A stretch of 41,936 nt of DNA. Origin: a virus. Positions 26,690 to 33,455 of this stretch are shown here, piece by piece. Under the pieces are notes generated by a model. It was not told the DNA's origin and ran no database searches. It saw only the letters and a program-made list of their open reading frames with translations. Where the stretch lies: positions 1 to 41,936 of the IMG/VR virus record IMGVR_UViG_3300040801_000626. One strand, given 5' to 3'. Positions within the stretch are counted from its first letter, which is position 1. Every line of letters begins with the position of its first letter. A program made the position numbers and the translations under genes.

Positions 26690-26766
26690 TTTATATTCTC
26701 CTTTGTTTTATCCCGTTACCATTAACAGGCTAGTAACGCCCCTAAGGGGCGTTACAGGTCTATTAA
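26690..26766 (-). repeat. Structured intergenic repeat, copy E (leader + core 26722-26766)
   Basis: The core stem is a perfect 10 bp, GTAACGCCCC-TAA-GGGGCGTTAC. The leader is GGTAACGGGATAAAACAAAGGAGAATATAAAATG. Confidence 0.9.
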
Positions 26767-26768
26767 CT

Positions 26769-27209
26769 CTATTCGTTACACTCTGATGTATAGCTAAGCA
26801 TATCTTTTTGGATTAACTGAGTGAATTTGTTAACCGCTTGGGCATGCTCAAGGTCATAATGTCCCTCACCATACCCGCCTCCATTATCGTAGTATTTTGT
26901 ATGTACACTAAACCGCGCTTTGTTTCCTATATCGCTAGTGTTTTCATTTACTATGTAACCATAATGACGCGTAGCTCTTTGTTTAGGGCGCTTATACTCT
27001 GCAACGGTTATAGTGCCTCGTGTCTTTACAAGTTTTTCAAGGTATCTCTTACATTTTGCCTTCTCTGCGCTTGTAAGCTCAAAGCACACAACACTAAAGG
27101 CCATACCATTTTGGTTTACCTCTGTTTCTGTCCCAATCTCTTTATCAAACCATTCTATAAAGGTATCGGCTTGGTGTCCTGTTAGTTCTTGCGTCTCTAA
27201 ATTTGTCAT
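26769..27209 (-). CDS. ORFan early protein (146 aa), first gene of the early operon
   Basis: RBS AAGGAG (AAAACCAAGGAGACTAAGAACATG). Lies about 45 nt downstream of the predicted promoter. Confidence 0.7.
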   Translation of the reverse strand: MTNLETQELTGHQADTFIEWFDKEIGTETEVNQNGMAFSVVCFELTSAEKAKCKRYLEKLVKTRGTITVAEYKRPKQRATRHYGYIVNENTSDIGNKARFSVHTKYYDNGGGYGEGHYDLEHAQAVNKFTQLIQKDMLSYTSECNE

Positions 27210-27257
27210 GTTCTTAGTCTCCTTGGTTTTAACGTTTCATATAACTTACTAACTAGC

Positions 27258-27286
27258 ACCTTATAGCTTTGTTCCGTAGCTGTCAA
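27258..27286 (-). promoter_or_regulatory. sigma70-like early promoter (TTGACA-N17-TAAGGT), leftward
   Basis: Minus strand: TTGACA (27286-27281), 17-nt spacer, TAAGGT (27263-27258). Consensus -35; the -10 keeps T1, A2 and T6. Confidence 0.55.
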
Positions 27287-27778
27287 AACTTTTTTACACG
27301 TATTTAGTATTTAACGCTTTACACCTCTTTACCCCCTAAGATGGGTTTACAAAGTGTAAGGGCTAAAAGTTTAATTAATTCAATGGGTTGCTTGTGGGGC
27401 TTTGAGTTTATTAGACGGGGTTAAACGGCTTATCCAATCTTTAGAGATTGGTACAGCCTTACCCCTCTAAACTCTTAAATGTTTGAGCGATTAGTCCGCT
27501 GTTTACAATTTGTCTAAAGTTTAAACCATGGCCTGTTTGGTAATTAAGGATAGTAAGGACAAGGAATAGAGAGAGGGGACTATTGGGAAACCCTTCCCTC
27601 CTTTTGTGTCCGTTATCGCACACGCCTGTAAGGTGCTGTTATCCTTGCAGTTCTTGGCGCTTGTTTACGTAATATACGTTATCACACTAGCACTATTCAA
27701 TGATTTCAATAGTTTAGCCCTCCCCTAGCATGATATAGGGGTTTAAAAGAGTGACTTTCACGATATGGAAACGACCCC

Positions 27779-27803
27779 GGGGGGTGGGGGGCGGGGAGGG
27801 GGG
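27779..27803 (+). other. G-quadruplex-forming tract (G6-T-G6-C-G4-A-G6)
   Basis: Read directly: GGGGGGTGGGGGGCGGGGAGGGGGG, preceded by CCCC (27775-27778). Four G-runs of at least 4 with 1-nt loops. Confidence 0.7.
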
Positions 27804-27899
27804 CTGATGCGCCGCGAGTAAAAGACCCGCCAATACCCCATCTCTACACATGCTATAAAAAATAATAGAAAGGGGTTTACACTTTGGCAACTTTACACT

Positions 27900-27929
27900 T
27901 TGTTAACTCTAAGGCCCTAAAAATATAAT
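27900..27929 (+). promoter_or_regulatory. sigma70-like promoter (TTGTTA-N18-TATAAT), rightward
   Basis: Perfect -10 TATAAT at 27924-27929 and TTGTTA at 27900-27905. The -35 overlaps the second TTTACACTTTG repeat. Confidence 0.5.
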
Positions 27930-28009
27930 AGGTCTCGCGCACATATACGTTTTTTACATAACAGGCATATAAAACCATGGGGTAGACGAGGGGTGAAAAT
28001 GGAGGTACT

Positions 28010-28636
28010 ATGACGGCGCTGAAAACACTCAATAAGGAGACCACTATGAATGCTAAAAGTAAAAATGCCGCAAAGACAAAAGAGAACCCTAAAATGGCCA
28101 AAGGTAATCAAGACCCGGTTGGCTCAAAGGACAACGGACCCGAGGGTGTCACCGCCAATGAGAAGGTGCAGGACAGACCGACTTTTACCAAGGAAGAATT
28201 GGAAGCCACAACGGAGAAAGACCTCCGGGCCTTTTGTAATGACAATGAGATCAACCTCCACGGACGTGACCGCCACGAAGACATTGTAGCGACTATCCTT
28301 GCGTGGCAAGAGGGTAAAGCTGAAGACGGAGAAGTAACGGTTAGTGATATGGCCGAAGCGTTAAACGAGGCTGATGCTGATAGTGTTATTGATGTTGTTA
28401 AACATCTAGTGGCGCGTGTTGGTAAGCTAGAAGATGATGTTAGAAACGCCCATGCTGTTATTGAGGCTCAGGAGATTGCCCTTAAGAACGCTCACGAAAC
28501 GTTAAACGACTATACGAGGGAAGTTAACCGTATAAAAGGGCGTATGAGTAGTAAGGTTGCCGGAGGCTCAAATAATAACTTGAAAAAAGTACCAGACAGT
28601 GATAGCCTACACGGAAAGATTGATAATCTCTCTTAG
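28010..28636 (+). CDS. Monocistronic early(?) protein with HeH/SAP-like motif and coiled coil (208 aa)
   Basis: ATG 28010 has GGAGG 4 nt upstream; the alternative ATG 28046 has AAGGAG 6 nt upstream. FTKEELEATTEKDLRAFCNDNEINLHGRDRHEDIVATILAWQEG looks like a Rho-N/SAP/HeH DNA-binding helix pair. The C-terminus is helical. Confidence 0.7.
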   Translation: MTALKTLNKETTMNAKSKNAAKTKENPKMAKGNQDPVGSKDNGPEGVTANEKVQDRPTFTKEELEATTEKDLRAFCNDNEINLHGRDRHEDIVATILAWQEGKAEDGEVTVSDMAEALNEADADSVIDVVKHLVARVGKLEDDVRNAHAVIEAQEIALKNAHETLNDYTREVNRIKGRMSSKVAGGSNNNLKKVPDSDSLHGKIDNLS

Positions 28637-28685
28637 GCCATATTGCTACGTAGCGGGTATTTACCCTTTCTCTCTTTAAAGGCCG

Positions 28686-28733
28686 ACAACCCCTCAAGCT
28701 TTTTCCTTGTTTTTCGCTTGAGGGGTTGTTTTA
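28686..28733 (+). terminator. Strong Rho-independent terminator
   Basis: A perfect 14-bp stem, ACAACCCCTCAAGC (28686-28699) with GCTTGAGGGGTTGT (28716-28729), followed by TTTATGTTT. Confidence 0.8.
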
Positions 28734-28736
28734 TGT

Positions 28737-28764
28737 TTGACACGTAGTATGAGGTCATTATACG
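28737..28764 (+). promoter_or_regulatory. Possible sigma70-like promoter (TTGACA-N16-TATACG)
   Basis: TTGACA at 28737-28742 and TATACG at 28759-28764. Lies directly after the terminator and faces the antisense side of terS. Confidence 0.35.
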
Positions 28765-28790
28765 CTTTGTAGGACCAATAGGGGGTATAC

Positions 28791-28907
28791 ATGACGATCA
28801 AAGACGGCGAAGGCAACGACATACCATTATCCAGCGTACAACCCGCTAGTGGCTATCCTGTGCGCGACGCTAACGATAACATCATCCAGGCACATATAGC
28901 CCCCTAA
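28791..28907 (+). CDS. Possible 38-aa ORF
   Basis: Hand-translated MTIKDGEGNDIPLSSVQPASGYPVRDANDNIIQAHIAP. Its initiation context AGGGGGTATACATG resembles that of the capsid gene (AAGGGGTATATTATG). Very short and unsupported otherwise. Confidence 0.3.
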   Translation: MTIKDGEGNDIPLSSVQPASGYPVRDANDNIIQAHIAP

Positions 28908-28919
28908 GCTTGCTATTAT

Positions 28920-29408
28920 CTAGTTCATAAATTCCCAATCCTCGTCGTCTTCCTCGATCACCTCGGCCTCTATGATAGGCTTATGGTGGTCGAGGTAGTA
29001 GGAGCGAGAAGCTAAGGCGGCACGTTCCCTACCAGCGTTAAGGGCTGTTGTAATAGCTTTGTCGGCGGTAATGGTGTGGCTCACCTCTATTTTATCCCCA
29101 TAGTCCTTAGAGCGGCGTTTAGAGAGTAACCATTTAATATTATCAGATATAACCTTGGCCATTTTAGGGTCCGTATGGCCGTATATAGAGTGGTTATCTA
29201 TCTCTACCAGCGCGTCGGCCATGCTATCCGTACCGCGCTCATAAGCGTCTTCGTACATAGCGTTAAGGGACTCGTCGTTTTTTATGTATTCGTTAAAGAC
29301 CGCCGTAGTTATGTTAGCCTCGTCGCAGGCGGCGGTCACTGTTTTACCGAGGGATATTTTATCTATTGCGAACATAACGCATTTTGTGTAATCGTAAAGT
29401 TGTGTCAT
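28920..29408 (-). CDS. terS: Terminase small subunit, encoded on the opposite strand from terL
   Basis: N-terminal HTH ISLGKTVTAACDEANITTAVFNEYIKNDE. Also YEDAYERGTDSMADALVEI and DNIKWLLSKRRSKDYGDK, matching the widespread terS family whose signature is ...D-x-RKWLLSK-x-PK-x-YGDK (from memory). Confidence 0.7.
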   Translation of the reverse strand: MTQLYDYTKCVMFAIDKISLGKTVTAACDEANITTAVFNEYIKNDESLNAMYEDAYERGTDSMADALVEIDNHSIYGHTDPKMAKVISDNIKWLLSKRRSKDYGDKIEVSHTITADKAITTALNAGRERAALASRSYYLDHHKPIIEAEVIEEDDEDWEFMN

Positions 29409-29443
29409 AATTAAAAACTTTCAAATGGAAACGCTATGAAAAA

Positions 29444-29472
29444 ATTCTATAACAGCACAAGCATTTTATCAA
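29444..29472 (-). promoter_or_regulatory. sigma70-like promoter for terS (TTGATA-N17-TAGAAT)
   Basis: Minus strand: TTGATA (29472-29467), 17-nt spacer, TAGAAT (29449-29444). Lies about 35 nt upstream of the terS ATG. Confidence 0.6.
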
Positions 29473-29542
29473 TCATTTGCTTTTTTAACGGCCAAGTACC
29501 CGCAGGACCCGACTACCCCCGGGGCTTAAAAATAGCGGAGTA

Positions 29543-31075
29543 ATGAGTTACCTCAATATAAAAACAGAGGAGCAACTCGCCACTTTTATAGCCGGGTTTT
29601 ATGCGGACCCCTACGGCTTTGTAATGGGTATATTTCCTTGGGGGGAGCCAACTTTGCCCGACGGCTCTCCCAACCCCCTTAAAGATAAAAAAGGCCCTGA
29701 GCCATGGCAGAAGGAACTCCTCGTTGATCTCGGAGTGCATATACGAAACAATTTAGAATTGACGGCCATGGAGCTTGATATGTTCGTATGGAAGTCTGCC
29801 GTCGCCTCCGGCCACGGCGTAGGTAAGTCCGCTATTGTAGCGTGGCTTATTTTATTTTTTATGAGTACCCGGGTAGACACGAGGGGGGCCGTGACGGCCA
29901 ACACCCAATATCAGTTAGAGGATAAGACATGGCCGGAGCTTGCCAAATGGTATAACTTGGCTTTAAATAAACATTGGTTTGAGTGGACGGCCACGGGAAT
30001 ATCTTTTGGAGCATACCCAGATGAAAAGAAGAAAAACTATAAAATTAGCGCGGCTACCGTTTCCAAGGACAACACCGAAGCTTTCGCAGGACTTCACAAC
30101 GAAGGCAAAAGTGTCATTGTCATTTTCGACGAGGCCAGCGGTATTCACCCCAAAATATGGGAGGTCTCCGAGGGGGCTTTAACAGACGGTGAGGCTTTCT
30201 TTTTTGCCTTTGGAAACCCGACACAACCGGAAGGGGAGTTTGCCGACTGTTTCGATAAACACGCAGACCTATACTATAATAGGAGCGTAGATAGTAGGGA
30301 CGTTTCCCATACCAACAAACAAGCTCTACAGAGCATGATTAAAAAATACGGAGAAGACAGTGACGAGATTAAGGTGCGTATCAAAGGGGAGTTTCCAAGT
30401 CAGTCTTTTAACGGCTTTATTGGCACCGACGGGGTACACGCCGCGACACAACGAGAGCTTATCGACGACCCCGGTGCCGCACTTATCATGGGTGTTGACG
30501 TTGCAAGGTTTGGAGACGATAGATCAATTATTGGCTACCGCCAAGGCCGGGACTTCAGGTCAAGACCGTGGAAGGCATTTAGGGGCTTGTCAACGGTACA
30601 ACTCGCCAACATTGCAATGGCCGAAGCCGACATACATAAACCAGACGCTATAGTTATTGAGTCCACCGGACCCGGGGCCGGGGTTATCGACATTATGCGC
30701 GATAGGGGGTATAAAATCATTGAGTGCCACCCAGGGGCGCGGCCCTCTCAGGACTTTGATTTATTTGTAAATGTAAGAGCGTGGAATTGGTCCCGTATGC
30801 GGGATTGGCTATATGAGGTAGGGTGTATACCAGACCACCCAGAATTGTTTAAAGAGTTAACAACTATTTTGTACGGCCTAGATCGCCACGAGCAACGGAT
30901 TAAGATGGAAGCAAAAGAGGATATGAAGAAAAGAGGCTTGCCTTCCCCAGACATTGCCGATATGCTGTCCTTGACATTTTTCGCTCAGATTGCGCGTAGG
31001 GATAGAACCAAAACGTTGCGCCCCAACATGAACCAAAATAAAGCTATAACGGAATATAATGAGTTATCGTATTAA
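29543..31075 (+). CDS. terL: Terminase large subunit
   Basis: Walker A-like ASGHGVGKS and Walker B VIVIFDEASGI. C-terminal RNase H-like nuclease region (IMGVDVARFGDDRS). 510 aa. Confidence 0.9.
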   Translation: MSYLNIKTEEQLATFIAGFYADPYGFVMGIFPWGEPTLPDGSPNPLKDKKGPEPWQKELLVDLGVHIRNNLELTAMELDMFVWKSAVASGHGVGKSAIVAWLILFFMSTRVDTRGAVTANTQYQLEDKTWPELAKWYNLALNKHWFEWTATGISFGAYPDEKKKNYKISAATVSKDNTEAFAGLHNEGKSVIVIFDEASGIHPKIWEVSEGALTDGEAFFFAFGNPTQPEGEFADCFDKHADLYYNRSVDSRDVSHTNKQALQSMIKKYGEDSDEIKVRIKGEFPSQSFNGFIGTDGVHAATQRELIDDPGAALIMGVDVARFGDDRSIIGYRQGRDFRSRPWKAFRGLSTVQLANIAMAEADIHKPDAIVIESTGPGAGVIDIMRDRGYKIIECHPGARPSQDFDLFVNVRAWNWSRMRDWLYEVGCIPDHPELFKELTTILYGLDRHEQRIKMEAKEDMKKRGLPSPDIADMLSLTFFAQIARRDRTKTLRPNMNQNKAITEYNELSY

Positions 31076-31574
31076 ACCTATAGGCATAAACGAGATAGAC
31101 CTGTTAACACAACTGGTATACATGACCGACGAGTTTGCGGATAGAAGCTCTATATATCGTAAGATGGGTTTTAATTGTCAAAAGTTTTTAGACTACCTCC
31201 GTATGATGTTAGCTAACGAGTATAAAATCATAGCGGCCATGGAAGGGGGTACGTGTCTTGGATATGCGCTATATGAAGTTGAAGACACGTTCATTGATAA
31301 GTTTAATTTTGAGATATTGACGATATACACAGACCCTAAGTGGGTAGGGTATGGAGTAGATAGAGACTTAATATGCGAGATGATGCACGAAGCGTTAACA
31401 GGTAAGTGTTCATACGCACAAGTGTCAATATGCGCTTACTTTGACGAGGATAGAGACCGTATCAATAAAGTAACAGCCAACGCTTTTAAGAAGTTTGGAT
31501 GGGAAGAGATTGGTATTGTCATGGGGTGTGATTTAGATAAACTACGGGGGATTAGATATGGGGTCAAAACCTAA
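31059..31574 (+). CDS. GNAT-family N-acetyltransferase-like protein
   Basis: 171 aa. The acetyl-CoA motif-A-like stretch is LTIYTDPKWVGYGVDRDLICEM (x-x-x-G-x-G). The C-terminus NAFKKFGWEEIG is typical of GNAT beta6-beta7. Overlaps the terL end by 17 nt. Confidence 0.6.
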   Translation: MSYRIKPIGINEIDLLTQLVYMTDEFADRSSIYRKMGFNCQKFLDYLRMMLANEYKIIAAMEGGTCLGYALYEVEDTFIDKFNFEILTIYTDPKWVGYGVDRDLICEMMHEALTGKCSYAQVSICAYFDEDRDRINKVTANAFKKFGWEEIGIVMGCDLDKLRGIRYGVKT

Positions 31575-31773
31575 AGCACCAAAGATTGTTATACCGGAAC
31601 CACAACCCCTACCAGCGCCTCCAAAACGCTCGGATGTGGAAACCGAAGCCTTGGCCGAGGAGCAAACGCGTAAAGCTTTGTCTAATCGTCGAGGGAGAGC
31701 GAGGACCTTCCTAACTGCCGGGGGAACTTCAGAGGTTCAATCGGCCTCTCGATTTTTAGCAGGAGGCTCGTAG
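31558..31773 (+). CDS. Small conserved virion-module protein (71 aa)
   Basis: Pro-rich N-terminus and the motif SNRRGRARTFLTAGG, which I recall from small proteins upstream of podovirus portals. Coupled at both ends. Confidence 0.55.
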   Translation: MGSKPKAPKIVIPEPQPLPAPPKRSDVETEALAEEQTRKALSNRRGRARTFLTAGGTSEVQSASRFLAGGS

Positions 31774-33455
31774 TGGGTAGACAAAAAGCAGACGAGTTAA
31801 TAGCACGTTATAACGACGCTAAAAGATCACGCGTAAGACACGAGCCTGATTGGAGGCTTGCGTCGGCGTATTGCTTACCAAGGCACTATCAGTCGTGGCG
31901 GTCAGACGGCCCTACGTTTTTTGGGGGTGCGGGTAGCGAGGCGTTAAAGCATATCAGTTATGACAGTACAGGCGTTAGGTCCCTACCTAAATATGCGGCG
32001 GTGCTACAACAGATCGCCACACCTCACCACATGAAGTACACACAATTAACAGCGTCAAACCCGGACCTTATGCGTATTAACCGGGTTCGAGATTATTTTG
32101 ATAAAACAGGCGATATTATTGCCAAGCTACGGTATGCCGACACCGCCCACTTTATCCAAGCGTCAAGCGAAGTATACGCCTCTATGGGGGCCTATGGCAC
32201 AGGCCCCTGCTATTTAGGTAAAAGGGAGCCTAACGCTCTGTCCCGTAAAACCGGGTACTTCTACCGATCATGCCCTCTACGGGACACTTTCATTTTGGTT
32301 AATGACCAAGGGGAAGTTGATACCGTTATTCGTCGTCTCTTCCTAAACACCCGTCAATTCTACCAGAAGTTTCCGGGCGAAGAGTTACCCAAATGTATGA
32401 AAATGGCCACCAAGTCCGGGGGGTCTCAATTACCCTCAGATAATGATTACTATGAATTTATACATGTGGTACACCCTCGGGACGACTTTGACCCTAAAAT
32501 GTTAACGGTAGAAAAATACCCTATAGCGGGCAACTATCTATGCGTAAAAGATGTCTGTTATGTAGGGGAAGAGGAAGGGTATAGGTCTTTACCTTATCTT
32601 ACGCCTCGTACGTTTACAGAACCGGGGGACCCTTATGGCTTTAGCCCGGCCAACCAAGCCCTAGCCGCTATGGGTACGGCTTCGGCCATTAAGAAGGTAA
32701 CGTTGAAACAAGGGCAAAAAGCCGTAGACCCGGTGTTACTAGCCCATGACGACGGGGTGTTAAATGGTCCTGTCGATTTAAGACCGGGACACGTTAACTA
32801 TGGCGCTGTTGATAGGCAAGGACGAAAGTTAATACATGCGTTAGATACAGGTAACTTTAACGTAAGTGAAAAGTTGATACAGGACGAGAGAGCCGATATT
32901 GAGGATAGCTTTTTTGTCTACGTGTTTAAGCTGTTAGAGCAAAACAAGGAAATGACAGCTACGGAGATTGTAGAGAGGGCGCGTAAAGAGACGGCTTTAA
33001 TGTCCCCTACTATGGGTAGGTTACAAACTGAGTTTGTAGCTAAGTTCCATGATAGGGAATTAGACCTAGCGGACGAGATGGGTGTACTCCCGGAGATACC
33101 CCCGGAGCTTCAAGAGGCTAACGGCGAGTACGAGATTATATACACGTCCCCCATGGCTAAGAACATGTACGCAGACGAAGTGTCCGGCTTTATGCGTTCG
33201 ACTGAAATGACCTTAAATATCGTTAACGCTACCGGGGACCCGTCACACTTAGACCACTTTAACTTTGACGTTGCGTTGCCTGAGATAAGCGACCACATGG
33301 CCGTTCCCGCCCGATGGATGAACGACGATGATAAAAAGAAACAGCTTGCAGAAGCCCGGAAAGCCCAACAGGAGCAAGAGTCCCTTATGAAAAACGCAGG
33401 GGCTTTAGCTGGAGCGGCTAAGACAGCGCAACAAATGGAGGGTTCCGATGCCTAA
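31773..33455 (+). CDS. Portal protein (T7-type head-to-tail connector)
   Basis: GTG start overlapping the upstream TAG. The N-terminus ARYNDAKRSRVRHEPDWRLASAYCLPRHY and the later TATEIVERARKETALMSPTMGRLQTEF...LPEIPPEL parallel T7 gp8 (ERLKNDRAPYETRAQNCAQYTIP...; TAEEIRYVASELEDTLGGVYS...IPELPKE). Confidence 0.8.
   Translation: MGRQKADELIARYNDAKRSRVRHEPDWRLASAYCLPRHYQSWRSDGPTFFGGAGSEALKHISYDSTGVRSLPKYAAVLQQIATPHHMKYTQLTASNPDLMRINRVRDYFDKTGDIIAKLRYADTAHFIQASSEVYASMGAYGTGPCYLGKREPNALSRKTGYFYRSCPLRDTFILVNDQGEVDTVIRRLFLNTRQFYQKFPGEELPKCMKMATKSGGSQLPSDNDYYEFIHVVHPRDDFDPKMLTVEKYPIAGNYLCVKDVCYVGEEEGYRSLPYLTPRTFTEPGDPYGFSPANQALAAMGTASAIKKVTLKQGQKAVDPVLLAHDDGVLNGPVDLRPGHVNYGAVDRQGRKLIHALDTGNFNVSEKLIQDERADIEDSFFVYVFKLLEQNKEMTATEIVERARKETALMSPTMGRLQTEFVAKFHDRELDLADEMGVLPEIPPELQEANGEYEIIYTSPMAKNMYADEVSGFMRSTEMTLNIVNATGDPSHLDHFNFDVALPEISDHMAVPARWMNDDDKKKQLAEARKAQQEQESLMKNAGALAGAAKTAQQMEGSDA

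Noticed and set aside
23889-26766. Regularly spaced ~45-bp palindromic repeats could be mistaken for a CRISPR array
   Set aside because: The 'spacers' are 360-830 bp and are complete protein-coding genes with RBSs. The repeats are imperfect and there are no cas genes.
23889-26766. The repeats as integron attC sites or MITE-type mobile elements
   Set aside because: No integrase or transposase is present anywhere in the genome, and no target-site duplications are visible. The G.U versus A.C strand asymmetry argues for an RNA-level role. Recombinational shuffling between copies remains possible.
23889-26766. The repeats as phage-RNAP (T7-like) promoters or as intrinsic terminators
   Set aside because: No single-subunit RNAP gene exists in the 41.8-kb genome, and no U-tract follows any hairpin on the transcribed strand. 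Only copy C contains a TATAAT (24960-24965, minus strand), and it has no matching -35.
27877-28111. Two overlapping minus-strand ORFs (74 and 64 aa; the 74-aa one is hydrophobic) in the control region
   Set aside because: The 74-aa ORF (27877-28101) has a TTG start and no RBS. Both ORFs overlap the 5' end of 28010-28636 in antisense, and the 74-aa one also overlaps the rightward promoter. They are probably chance ORFs in AT-rich DNA.
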